A stretch of DNA of 59,587 bases, filler included, from Sluysia triapertura (GCA_046118255.1; 4 parts of 4 records of this genome joined end to end with filler, not necessarily neighbours in it), one strand, 5' to 3'; positions 40,741 through 54,730 are shown, counted from the whole stretch's first letter. The notes: generated by a model not told the origin, from the sequence alone. A program made the numbers and translations.

Positions 40741-42149
40741 AATGAACAATAAAATGTTGAATATAATTTGGGTCTTTCTAGTCTTACGAGTTACGGCTAG
40801 TCCATGGGATTTCAAAGAGTAGTAGTATTGTGAACTTACTAGAGGTACGTAAAGTTACAGCTAATATTAGTCCTCGACAAATTATATCTTAACTATATTT
40901 ATTAGTTTATTTGATCAATCTTCCCTATATAGAACCTTAAATAATAGAATTTAGTCTTAAAGGAAAACTCATTTAACGGGGTTTTTTATTTTCTTATACA
41001 AATTTTATTGCGAATCTGTTAAATAGAACCAATGATAAAAGAGTATTAGATTTTACTAAGGTTCCTCAATAAATATAACCTACGATAATTAATTATTAGT
41101 TTCTGAAGTTCCTTGAAATTTAATTATGGATTTTAGTAAGGTTCTTAGTTAAAGAGAAAATTTGTCAGTTTAGTAGTGTACTGTGATTCTTTCTTAAATA
41201 GAACCATTAATAAATACTAAATTTGTTAAATTAATATTTGGCTTCGATTCTTTATTAAATAGAACCGATAAAAATTATCAAATTAATAAGTTACTTCAGT
41301 TCTTTGATTAAAAAGTTGTTTTGTGATTTTTCTTTTAATTTATAATTTAAATGCGTTTTCGGAATTTTCTTTCTATTAAAAAGTAACAAAGAATCTAAAG
41401 TTTATTTATCATATAATTAAGTGTAGTAACATAAAAGGTTATTTATCATGGACTAATTTGTGGTAATATAAAAACACTGAATATAATAAAAATGGTATTT
41501 ATTAGATTGTTTTATTAATAATCTTTATTTGTTTAAAGTTATTTTTCTAATTTACTATCTTAAAAAGTAACTTGAATAGTTTTAATAAATCTTTTAGTGT
41601 ATTTTATGCGGCAGTTTTAAATACTGCAAAAAGCTACAAATAAGGAACTAACGATAATTTTACTTTATAAAATATCCTTTGTAAAAGTGTTCTTTTGAAT
41701 CCTCAGATGAACCAGAATATATGCTAAAATTATACTTCTAATAAAATTTTTTGATAAGACAAATTATGCTTCTATTTATAGTTTAATATGACCTTCAAAA
41801 AGTCTATATGTTTTTACTTATCGCGAACTTATTTAAACAAATAATTATTAATAGTAAAAACATAATTAATTTATAAAACTAATATTTAATTTATAAAACT
41901 ATATTACACAATAAAATACAAAATAATACAAAAAAATTTAAGTAATAATTAATTTGCGAAAAAGACTTAATAAAAGTAAAGTGTCACTATATTATAGAAA
42001 TTTTATTAAATATTATAAATCACAAACTTACTATTATAACATTAATCACCAACATATTATAATATAAACATAAATATGTTCAATATGTTCATTAATGTTA
42101 TCATCATTAATATATTCATATTTACAATATATGTATTTTAGACAGAAAA

Positions 42150-43000
42150 ATTCGTCAGACATTACCTCTAGCATTTTGTTGGGGTCATCAGAGGATAAAA
42201 TAAAAAAATCATTTTCTAAAGTTTTACGAAACTTTATTTTTTCCGAGTATTTACACTTAATTCAGCAAACTTCGTGAATTTTAGTCCATGTGTTTTGTGC
42301 TTTCAAACATTCCATCAAAATTTCAATAACAGAATCAATTTTACCTAATTATTACCTAATCAATTTTATCCAAAGCTGCTTCGGGTTTATTTGATCCATT
42401 AAAAACACTTATTATTATTCAAAAATACAATAAACATTGATTTTCGGAGTAATTCTTGGATAACTCCTGAAGTAGTGGATGTTTTGGCATGCTTGTAAAA
42501 TTTTCTATTGACTTTTGTATTGACGGATCGAGAAAATATTCCGGATAGAATCGAATTAGATGCAACATTTTCATTAGTATTCGGACTTCACGACTGTACC
42601 AGTTGTTGATGTAACAGTAGTCCCTTGGTGCCTTAATATAGCACCACTGAATTCATTATCCCCGTTTAATTGATCACTACGGTTTCAAAGGTGAGAATTA
42701 TTTTAATTTGATAAAATATGAGCATCAAATAAATTATCATCCATGTGATCAGTGGATGTTGATTAGCAACCTGTTCTGTTGGAGATACACCAGAGCCTTA
42801 TTCTGAATTTTGTAGAACATATGAATTTTGTATAAAAGATGAATAAAAGAAATTTCGTCGTCTGGTTGACGTTTTGTTCAGCCTTCTTGGAAAATTCTTG
42901 AACCTGTTCTGCAAATACTTCAGCGCCAAGAGTAAAGAATGAAAAAAAGAAAAAAAGTGCAGTCGAAAGTTTAGAAAACTTGGAACTGTTACTATTGAAA
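42150..43000 (-). pseudogene. Decayed coding sequence of unknown family
   Basis: GC-richer block with 40-60 codon open stretches in alternating frames. Confidence 0.3.
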
Positions 43001-44045
43001 TTTCATATTTTGGTTAAGTTTTAGCTTGAGGTTAATGAAATTTAATACATTACTTTATTGAGCTATTGTATGGTTGGTGTATTTGTTTGGTGTATAAAGA
43101 AATGCTAAAGTTTTGAATAGATAGATTGGATCACCACAAAATAGTCACTTCATTCAACTACATAATCATGGTAACACTGAAAACATTCTTTTGTAAGTCA
43201 TAGTTGTCAGTGACAGCAGATCATAAAGCAACATATTTTTCTGATTTACTGATCATTAACTTCGACTTTAACTAATTAAAATAAAACCTATGCAAATACA
43301 ATTAATGTCATATAAATCATAAAATTTAAAAATTATTTTCCAATTAATTAACACCAAATCAAAATTTAATAATATTCACCAAAGACTTTTCAAATTACGC
43401 AGGCGAATAAACCAATATATCAGGTACCAACCCACCTCGAAGGGAAATTATGGTTAGTTTAGCGTGGACATTTCTGTCTACTATTAATTATATTATTATT
43501 ATATATTTATAATAATTATTACTATTTCTATTATTATAATTTAATAGTGTGTTTAAATGTAAAAAAGAATGATATATCCGACATTTCATAGTATATTACT
43601 AAAATCTTTGTAGACAATAATATGTCAAAAAAGCATATCTATATAGAAAAATTATTTATAATTACTGTAATGACGGATATTAAACATGATTTCAATTTAT
43701 AAGTAAATAATAAAATATAAACNNNNNNNNNNNNNNNNNNNNNNNNNNNNNNNNNNNNNNNNNNNNNNNNNNNNNNNNNNNNNNNNNNNNNNNNNNNNNN
43801 NNNNNNNNNNNNNNNNNNNNNNNNNNNNNNNNNNNNNNNNNNNNNNNNNNNNNNNNNNNNNNNNNNNNNNNNNNNNGAATCATTTAGTATTTAAATGAAC
43901 AAAAAGTTTTGTTATTGACATAAAAATGAAAAATGCATAATCTATGTAAAAATATAAAAATATTGCTAATCTGTCTTGCTAATGTTTGAGGATTATTGGT
44001 AATTTTGTTCAGAAAATTAGAAATTAATTATTTTTATTACCATTG

Positions 44046-44105
<60 letters not shown>

Positions 44106-44327
44106 GAAGCATTCTTATCATCTAAGTAATAAAGATACAACTGGTCGCTAAAACATCAAATTCATCCTTAATTAAAAATATTGATTGTTTATCAGACAAC
44201 CCAATAATAAGTGATAAACAAATATTANNNNNNNNNNNNNNNNNNNNNNNNNNNNNNNNNNNNNNNNNNNNTTAATTAATTAANNNNNNNNNNNNNNNNN
44301 NNNNNNNNNNNNNNNNNNNNNNNNNNN

Positions 44328-44394
<67 letters not shown>

Positions 44395-44676
44395 CGTTAT
44401 TATAATTATTTATTTAATTTCATCATCAAGTTTCTCTTTTTTAGCGTATTTTAAATTGAATTGTCACTATTTATGGCTAAGATGGCGGCAGCCATGTTTA
44501 AATTAAATGATACGAATATTTATGTATAAATAAATGTTTCAGTAAAACAAAGGTAGAATAGATTATTGTTAATATTTAGAATGTTTATAATATTAAAATA
44601 AATATATATTTAGAAAGATCTTATTCTTCATTAAATTTGGCATAAAAATTATATTTCAAAATTTATTTAAGTATAC

Positions 44677-44840
44677 TGTTGGACTTCATAAAATGGACTG
44701 ACCGGCAATCGAACTTGGACCTCTCACTGCGCAGTTTGATGCTCTACCCACTGAGCTATCAGCCCCGTCTAACAATTTTGTTTTATTATAGTCAATTGAA
44801 CTATTATTATTCTATCGCACTTTAGGCCTATATCCCAACG
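44677..44840 (-). mobile_element. tRNA-bearing mini-element, copy 2
   Basis: tgttggac...cccaacg ends, flanks atac/ttac; minus strand GGGCTGA-TAGCTCAGTGGGTAGAGC...GTTCGATT...TCAGTCCA-TTTT. Confidence 0.8.
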
Positions 44841-45750
44841 TTACTTTTAAAATTTAATAAACTTAATTAAGAATTTTAAACAATTTTTCGAATGATACAA
44901 TCGAATTTTATCTTCTTTGAGAAAATTGTATCATGTTCAATGTAGTGTTGCATCTTTAATTTATTTTAAAATCTTTACTCAATTAATATTCGAATCCAAA
45001 ATGAATTCAAATATCAATTATAATTTTATAGTAATTATAATAAACAAACAACACTCACTAAAATTAATATAAGAAATATATTTCAACACAATAATTATCA
45101 ATTAATCACGAAAAATAAAATGGAATATTATCCATAAATATTACGACCAAGAATACTGGATTATAAATCACATAATTATGTAATGATAGTCAAGCGAACA
45201 GAACACTAATAACCAAGGAAACATTTAAGTAATTCACAATAACTTTAATTTAAAACAATTTGGGCAGGGAACCTACCAAAAATCAATTATTTAAACAGCT
45301 TAAAATATATTATAAAGGTTAAAATTATAATAACAATTAAATATTATTGTTTCCCAAAACAATTATTTTAAATATTATTGTCAAAATTAATTAGACAGTA
45401 ATATGATTACAAAATAAAAATTAGAATATTATTTATACATGGATCTTCTTTGAATATGCCGCTGCATTAAAATTTGTATGCATCTTATTGTGCTATAAAT
45501 TCTACACTTTCTCATTATCCAATCATTCTTGAGTTTTACAATCAAACATTCTCTTATGCAAATCATTTGAACCTTCTTTGAAAATTAAACCCAAAATTAT
45601 AGCTTTGACAATTACGGCCTATCGAACTTTATTAGATACATTATTAGAACACATTATTAGATCAACAATTATTTTCTTCGATTATACTCAATCTATTCTT
45701 ACTTTAATTACTTCTCACATTAAAATAACAATTATTAGTATTGTCAATAT

Positions 45751-45898
45751 TGTTAGACTTCGTAAAATGGACTGAACCCGGGATTGAACCCGGGACCTTT
45801 GCTGCGCAGTTCGAATGTTCTACCACTGAGCTATCAGCCTCGTCTAACAGTTTTATTTTATTATTGTCAATGGCACTTTAGGCCTTTTTACCCCAACA
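45751..45898 (-). mobile_element. tRNA-bearing mini-element, copy 3
   Basis: tgttagac...cccaaca ends, flanks atat/gtat; contains A box TAGCTCAGTGG and B box GGTTCAATCC. Confidence 0.8.
45768..45840 (-). tRNA. tRNA-Cys-like pseudo-tRNA within the mini-element
   Basis: Acceptor, D and T arms can be drawn; the anticodon stem does not pair and the loop reads CTGCGCA, so probably not a decoding tRNA. Confidence 0.55.
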
Positions 45899-48800
45899 GT
45901 ATAATAAAAATAATGAAATTAAATCTAGTTTTTAGAATTCAATTAATTTCCAGTTTTACACACTCTATTTCTAATTGAAAATGTTTATGGTTCTCATTCT
46001 CAAACATACCATTGCACAACCATTTCAAATTAATTCTCCTCTTTCGTAGCACATATCATATTCAATTCATATCTTTTCATCATTCTAGATACGAAAGATT
46101 CTACATTCTGTAATTGAAAATTAATTAAAATTGGACTTTATTCAATATTAAGGCTTTCCATCATCGAAAGATCTTTTAAAACAAATACAAACACAATTAC
46201 AACTGTGACATAGCATTCCTCATTCAAACATTATTCAAAACAACTTACTTTTTCTTAATGAAGTTAATTAAGATTTTAATTAATTTTTTAGACTTAATCT
46301 TACTTTATTTTAAAGATTTTATTAAGGTTTTAAAGTTATTTAATACTTCATAATGACAATCAGGGGTTCTAGATGTTTTCACTTTTATTCTGAATCTCTT
46401 TTCTATTTATTTATGTTAATTATTACAATATTAATATTAAAATATTAGTAACAATTATTTTATTTCTCAAATACTTCATTAGGCCACTCAAAGATCTCAA
46501 ACATTAGTGAAGGTTTCACAAATCTTTAAATGTTTATTAGATCTTAAGTAGTCTGATAGTCTACAAGTTCAAAGGTACTTCAACGCCTCAAAACGTTGTC
46601 CGAACTATTTCAAACTTCCTCAAGAGTTTCAACATCCTAAAGAGTTCTTTGGAACTCCAAAGTATTTTTCAATTCCCAAAATGATCGTAGATGCTTTTAT
46701 CTTCACCATGCTCATTCAAACTATGTTTATTATGTATTACCCACCATTTTTCAACGATTCTTCGAACATTTTCTAATTCCACATCTTTCTTATTTGTTTA
46801 TTACTCAACGACTGAACAATCAAAACATTAGAAAAAAAAGATTTTATTATTGTTTTTGTTATTATTTTTTGTTTTTTGTTATTATTTGCTTGTAATTATA
46901 ATAAAGAATTTTAAAACATAATACTCATTTTTACTTTTATCATTTTGTATTTAAATAATGTTATTTTTAAAAATAAACTCATTTTTAATAAATTTTTAAA
47001 ATAATGTTAAAATAATTATTCACCCTAAAATAATTGTTAAAATAATAAAGCTCAAAAAAATTACTAAGATTATAATGCTTTCTTATCAATTTAAAATGAG
47101 ATTACATATAGTTAATATAAATTCAAAATTTAGTAACAAATAACAATTAAATTTAAATTAAATTTGTATAAATAATCATTTTAAAGTGAGATTCAATAAA
47201 GACAATATGAAATTAAAATTTATAAACATCAAACCTTACTATTATAGTCAAGAAATTGTCTTGAAATAGGAATTAATAATGAGTATGAAATCCAACTTTA
47301 AAAGCATAAAACTCGATTAAAATCATCTTAAAAACATGATTGAGGATATTATAATACACAAGATAAATTGTATTAAATTTAGATTGAATAGAATTATTAA
47401 GTTATTAAAAATAAATAACATTATTCTCGATCAAAATTAACTTAAATTAAAGATTTAATAGAATAGACAAAATTATATGTAATCAAAAACTAATCGAATA
47501 AATTCATTTTAAACTAAGAATCAATAACAGTAATATGAAATCAAATTTTAAGAACATTGTGAAATAAAAATTACTAGTAAAATTAATGGCTGAAAATAAT
47601 TCTTATATCTATCATTTGAAGAATGATAGATATAATATTATATACTTATTCTATACTTATTTGAAAAATAGTGATACACTATTTGTGATTACATAATAAA
47701 TTATTTGTGAATAATAGTAATATTTGAACCATAATTATTATCGATTAATTTGTAATTATAATTATATCGGACTTATTAACTAATACGTAACTATAATTAT
47801 TTATTGATTGACTAATGTGTAATTATAATTGTGAGAAAAGTAAAGCAATAGAATAAAAACTTAAAGTGAGTTCACCAATGTACTGGACTTACCAACTAGG
47901 GCCAGCCGTTGGATTTTGTTGATAAGAGTAAAAAAGAATTGTGACGTAACTGGGATAGAAAAACCTTTTTAGAAATTCTGAAGGTTTTGTAATTTAATTA
48001 TATTTAATTAATATTTTACGAAGATCCTATGAAAACGATTGCTGAACAATTATTTTACGAAGTTGGACTTAAATCTTATAATTGAAACTATCTAAAAAGA
48101 AAACTCGTGATTGTTAAAATTTTATTCAGTACAAATAAAAAAATTTATATAAATTACAGGCAAAAATGATAATAATAAAACTTTACTTTAGAATTAAAAG
48201 TAATTCTAATTTGAATGTGATTTTAATAAATGATTTTACGGTGATTTAATAAAAGATCTAAAATTAATATTAATCGATTTTGCGGAGATATCGCTAGGAT
48301 ATCAAACCTTAACACAAATAAACTAACGTTTATGTAAAATAAAAATTCGAAAAATCTGGTCAGGAACTCTGTTTCAATTGAAGATTGTTAACTTGATTTT
48401 AGAATTGTTTGACAATGAAAACCTTGTAATATTAAATCAAATTATGTGTTGTGTGAATTTTTTGAAATTGTGGTCGTATTTATATAAATTTTTTTGGCCT
48501 TGACCAGATTTAAAGAATTCAATTTTTTATGAAATTAAAATTACAATTAAAATTAATATTTGAAATATTTATAAAAATCTAGAAATTAATATTTAAAAAT
48601 TAATATTAAAATATTTTAAAAATTTAAGAATTTGAAATTTAAAAATTAATATAGACGTACTATTTAAAATAAAATCCGTGATTAAAACAATGAAAATGAT
48701 AATAAATAATACTAAACAATAATATTAATAATGTACATATATAAAAATCAATAAAATATCGTTCATTATTTATTCGTGTTATTTAATGTATAATGTACAC

Positions 48801-50048
48801 ACAAATTTATTACATAAAAATCGATAAAATATTTAGTGAGTGTATTATTACATAATTATTATTTACGATATTAGATTTATTGATCTAAAATAACGATAAA
48901 TACAATAATTTTTAGCATTGAATTATTAATAAATTTCTATAACAATTCGGAAGACATTAGGATGATTTCGAAAAATTTGAGGTATCCGAAAACATTGTAA
49001 CAGTCCCATAATAATTATGAAGATATCTATATATAGGAATATTTCGTGATAAATCGTGATAAATTTTAATGATAATTTGGGAGATACAGGAAAAACGATG
49101 ATGATAAAAATGGCAATGAATACTGAGTTTAATATTTTGGTTAAAAATGTTGATAAAAAGAATTTTACTGGGCATCGTAATTTTATAATGGTGAGTAGTG
49201 CAAAGTTGTGAGTGATATGGACAGGACTTGTTATGATGTACTTTTTGTGATGAGGTTTGTGTACATGACTGATGTGATATGTAACACATAGGTAGGTGTG
49301 GGCTTGGCCACCACAGTGAAATTAGAAAATCAGAAATCGAAAGAAGGAAATGAAAGCTGTCGATTTTTTTAGTCGGCAATAAGTCGACTAATTTCTCCGA
49401 TTAAATGTCGATAACAATTTCCTTCTTTGTTCAACTTCATTATCATTGCAATTACCTAAAGATAATTGTATTTGTGGGAAACGATCCCTTTATCTTCTTA
49501 ATATCATCTAATTAAAATTTAAAATCATTGTTAAATTGCTTTTATATTAATAACATAATCCTCCAACAAAGACGCTGCAAATTGAATCGAACTGCACTAA
49601 TTTTTCAAAATGGCGGTTTTCATTAAATTGATATCAGTTTATTATGTATTAGTCATCAGCCAATTAGAATCTATGGAATGTTCTATTTTGCTTTTTGAAG
49701 CGAATTTTCCTTTTTTCGAAGTTATTTTAAAGATTATAAAGCATTTTATATGATGTTAACTGATTTATTGACATTTTGTCAACCTAACCAATTATTATCA
49801 CAGAAACATTTCTATCTTTAAAATTACCAAAACATTCTGTTACTGCATGGTTTGAAAAACAATCATAATCTGTGAAAGTAAAATTGACACTAAAATCCAC
49901 TTATTTTGACATTCATGCGTCAGTATATTGTTATTCTGCGATCAATGAATAGATCGAATATTTCAAAGTTTATAAACTGAAATTCAAATAATGTAAACAA
50001 ACTTTTATTTACAATATAAATACAGGTACGTCGAACAATATACAAGTA

Positions 50049-50098
<50 letters not shown>

Positions 50099-51600
50099 GC
50101 TCATAAAACTAGTTCCAGTCATACATAGCTTTAATAAAATAGACCTCAATAAATAAATCTACCAATAAAAATAAAAAATATTGAAAATAAAAATTAATAC
50201 AATGATACTCGTTTATTACCATTATTATTATTATTATCGTTGTACTACTACTATTAATAATAATAATAATAATAATAACATTAAATACAATGCTGCATGT
50301 AGTCACAAATAAACCACGTCGTCATGAAATGGCAAGTAAGAGTAGTCTTCTTTCTGTTATAAGCTTCGTTATTAAACTTACTAAAGGAAGTTCAATCAAT
50401 TTCCCACTTTTTTCAACTGTACTTTTATATCGGGATTGCTTGTCCGACTTCAGCTGATAAAACCGTTGTTTGACACCTAGAAACACATGTATACTGTACT
50501 AAACCGCACTGTGTGAAATTTCATGTCACACCTTTTTGTCTCATCAACTAAAATTACAGTAGAAACATAATAAAATTTACATTTTGAATGTGCGAGTTAC
50601 ACATTACAATAGGATCAAGTTAATTAAAGTGCGTTTAAGAGACGCGAAACAACTCTGGCACAAAGTGGCACAACTATGTCGATTTTGAAACACTGAACTG
50701 CTTACAACAAACACAACACTTTTTAGAACTGTCTCATTATCAGCTGTCACATATTACGGAAATTGAATGGCTTTTGTTGATATTCTGTGATACTTCTTCT
50801 ACGAATAATATAATACTTAATGCATATTCAAGTGCTTGCCGAGAAAGAATTCCGATAGGTACGTACAATAATAAAATAAAAATCGATACAATTAGAAAAT
50901 AAAATAAAATACGCACATATAACAACAACCAATGAAAGAACAGTTTAGAAAATGCGACAGGATAAAATTGGAAAACGTTTCTTGTATTTTGATTAGTTCA
51001 AAATTTTAACCAATCATAAAACAGACATTAATTTAAACCAATTAAAATTGCGCAAAATTAAGCTAGAAATAAATAAGTATGATGAAATTAAAATAATTTG
51101 TCGTGGAGTAGCACTGACACCGACTCAGTAGTCATGCCTGTAGTTGATTCCAGAATATTTAAACAAATAATATTAAAAATGGTCCCGGATTTTTCTTCTA
51201 ATTATTAATTGTATAATTAATTAATTAATTCCTAATTATAATGAAACGAATTAAGATAGATACTTTTAAAATAGCAAAGTACCCTAGATTATTTCTAGAT
51301 TATAAAACAACGTGCTCAGTTCACTAAGCCAGTCACACATACACGCACACAATAATGATGAGTCAGACCTACAAATCAAGTGTTCCGATGAGCTTTGTTC
51401 TGTTGCGATATGTTGTTCTAGAGGAATTGCATCAGTACAGCAGAAACAGTAGAAAATACGGCCTACGATATTTTTACTTGCTCTACAAGTCAAGATAATT
51501 CAAGAAAACGATTTATACGAGGATTCGAGATGGAAATAAGACAGAGAAATCAAAATAACATGTTCACACGCAAAACAGAGATATCATTATGGTACTATGA

Positions 51601-52067
51601 TTATAATGGATCAGGGATTAATAAACTAGACGATTTGATTAATTTTCCTAGTAACTGATAAATCTGTTTGAAGGTGGGTCTTTCACGAGGCTCTATTCGC
51701 CAGGTGGCCATCATCAGAGAGTACAACTCTGCCGGACAGCCTATCGGACGGTTCAGACGATATCCTTGATTGATCTCTGTCATTACGTGCTGCACCGAAA
51801 TGCCCGAATAAGGCAGTTTTCCGAATGTGAATATTTCCCACAATACCACACCGAATGACCACACATCACTGGCAGAACTGAATTCATTACAACGAACCGC
51901 TTCTGGGGCCGTCCACTTTATGGGCACTTTACCTCCTAATTCAAATGAGTCAGTTTCACGACAAAGGCCAAAATCGGCGATCTTTGCACAGTTTTCTGAG
52001 TCTAATAAAATGTTTCTACAAGCAAGATCACGATGGACAAAGCGATTTTCTTCTAAGTATGACATCC
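51601..52067 (-). CDS. CSK: CSK-like non-receptor tyrosine kinase, terminal exon (kinase C-lobe)
   Basis: HRDLACRN, DFG, PIKWTAPE and SDVWSFG; short activation loop without Tyr (LCRETDSFELGGKVP) as in CSK; tttag acceptor at 52069-52068. Confidence 0.8.
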
Positions 52068-53250
52068 CTAAATAATAATTATTATTATTATTGTTACTAA
52101 ATCTCATAATTACATTAATAGTAACGCAATTAAACATTGTATAATGCTATCAAATGGAAATTAAGTGAAAATGGAATCATAATCCATAAAGCACAGATAA
52201 GAACTCACTGCTCTTAATTAGCACGGAAAAATATGAAATTCTAACTAAGGACAATATGAAGATAAATTAATTTTTTAAAATTCTTACAATACTAATGATA
52301 ATAATAATGATAATAGTAATAATAATAATTAGTTGGTAATAAGTGTGACAATAATGTGAATAGATATAATAATGATAAATCTACACAGTGTATATACACC
52401 AAATTAAAAGTAGTATATTAGTATTAGCCATTAATTATACATGTATAACTGAAAATAACTGCTGTGGTTTTCTAGTTCCCTATTCAATTAATCACCAAAA
52501 CACTTTACGATTATCAATTTTATTAACAAAATCAAACAAAAGAATTTTGGTCATTGAAAATCAGTTTAATAACAGATAAGTTTTTTAAAATATTTTATAA
52601 TTAATTTAATTTATTAAATATTTTAGTTATGAAATTTTCTCCTCATTAAATCGGAGTTAAAAATATACTAAAAAGGTTTTGAGTAGATTTTAAGAGTTCG
52701 ACTCCAAGAGCTGAAATAATTTAATAAATATCTTTTGATGAAAACTATGCCCACAAATCTTTATAACCAAAGTTAATAATAACTAATGAGCTTTGCAACT
52801 CACTGCATCTAGTACATATACTAGTTAGCAACCAATCAAAATTAAATAAAATTCTAGAATTTTTTAGAAAACTTATTTTCATTTCTTGAAAATTAATTTT
52901 ACTTTGTCAAGATTTTAAAGGGTTGTGATGACAACCTAACATAATAAATCCATAGATACGTTAGTAGTTAAGTAATATTTACTCTGTACGTAAAATTTAT
53001 AAGACATTTAGTGCTAAAATAAGTGTTTTATGATAAAAATAAGAAACGTCACCAAAGTGATAATAAATATATCTCTATAATTCTAGTGATAATTAATACT
53101 CTTAGCAACTTCGTAACGTATTTCATAGTACAATCTATAAAAAGTAACTACCGTAATCTCTTAATAGTTCCTGCAGATTAAAAAAGGCGTATAGGATAGA
53201 TCCATTTACCACTAATATCGTTCCCGTCGCTCCGAGTTTAGACTAAAATT

Positions 53251-54730
53251 TTATTTAAATTTAAACATATATTTATCCCCAAAATGTTTGGATTTAATTC
53301 TTTTACGTATAATAAAATCTATTGTAGCACGTTTTCCACTAATTTCAACGATCATTAGTATTAGACTTTCTTCGCACTGTTTCAATTCATCGATTCACAA
53401 CGGAGACACACTGCGGATCGTGAAATAGTTGTGATTTAATTGGACATCTTCGACATTTCGTGTATCAGCCAAACTTAAATCGCAAGATTCTTCGTAGTTC
53501 CTAAGCAGTTCCGTATTTCTTAAATTTGCTTTTACAATTCCACCAATAAAAAAATCCATGTTATCTTCTGTTGAATTATAATATGATCCAACTGCAGAAA
53601 TTAAACTTTCTCTTTGACATAATACTGTGTGATGTTTTTGATGCAATTCTATTAATTCATTATCCAAAATTTCAAGGCTATTAGCTGTCATATTTCATAA
53701 TGTTTTGATTCAAAATTTATTAAATTCATCTTCATTAGATATTATAGATGGGGATGGTACATTGTTTGGTGATGTAGTTGTACCATTATTTTGATTATTT
53801 AAACTATCTCCTTGATTTCGTTCAACGGCATTTATCTGGGCTTGTTTAATAGAATTTAGTAAAGATGAAGACAAATTAGGATCAAATATATGGTGTATAA
53901 AAAAAATTAAAACAAACAGAGTGATAGATTGATAATAAGGATAAAAGCAATAATAATAATGATAACAATTACGTGGTTATTATGTTTATTAATACAGAAT
54001 CATTGAAATTTATTATGAAAATTATTATAAAAGTTATTATTTGGTATTTATATTATATAACAATAATGTCTATAATTATTATATATATTTTGATATGATA
54101 TGAATCGTAATAATAACAGCGATAGTTCATGATAATTGAATGTGATGATCATGTTTGTTTTTCGAATGAGTTTAGTAGTTTGTTTAATAGTCTGTGTATA
54201 TGTGAAGTGTTTTCATGTGATGGATTTTGTGTGATGAATTCCCTACATAAGGCAATTTAATTTCGGCTTAAAGCCTTTTACAAAACAATTTTCTGAACGA
54301 TACGATTAAACAAACAAGACAAGATTTAAACTTTATATTAAACAGAAAAAAACAAAGTTAACGTAACGTTATTGAGTATAAAATCCGTTTCATTCTTGTG
54401 ATTAGAAACTCATGCAGTCGAATATTACAGTTCTAAGGCCCTAGCTGACATACCAACACTTCCAAGTTTATATTTATAATTGTTTTTCAATGAAAATAAC
54501 ATTTTTATGTAATATATAAAACGTCTTGCTTCTACTTCATCATCTTTGTATTGTTTATTAAACTTTTCTTTAAACAATTTTGAATTCGCATCCGAGTTTT
54601 TAATGATATTTTCAGATTCTGGTAATTCAATCAATTCTTGTAACACATTCTTGAATTGTAAAAATTTTAAAACACCAAAAACTATTGATAAAATTTTTTG
54701 TTTCGGGTTTATAAAATAATGTATCAGCAC
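53251..54730 (-). mobile_element. Ty3/Gypsy gag-like relic interrupted by a solo LTR
   Basis: LFKEKFNKQY..EARR...GSV, then CFVKGFKPKLNCLIFDPNLSSSLLNSIKQA; the frame is restored when 53894-54247 and one TSD are removed. Confidence 0.5.
53894..54247 (-). mobile_element. Solo-LTR-like R1 copy with 5-bp TSD
   Basis: TGTA...TACA ends, flanks tatgg/taagg; excision re-opens the host reading frame. Confidence 0.72.

Noticed and set aside
45578-45978. ORFs 45578-45775 and 45784-45978 as genes
   Set aside because: They run through the antisense of the tRNA-bearing element and have no protein-like features.
50540-50928. RNF26-like transmembrane RING gene
   Set aside because: The Cys-rich pieces lie in different frames with stops and ligand spacing is incomplete; TGT-rich sequence can mimic this.
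52210-52720. Candidate upstream kinase mini-exons (ISYFSVLIKS; ALGVELLK)
   Set aside because: Too short and too weakly similar to CSK subdomains to support.
54425-54730. Cathepsin I29 propeptide (FKEKFNKQY...EARRF)
   Set aside because: No ERFNIN/GNFD continuation or protease domain; the downstream FVKGFKP motif favours a gag-like origin.
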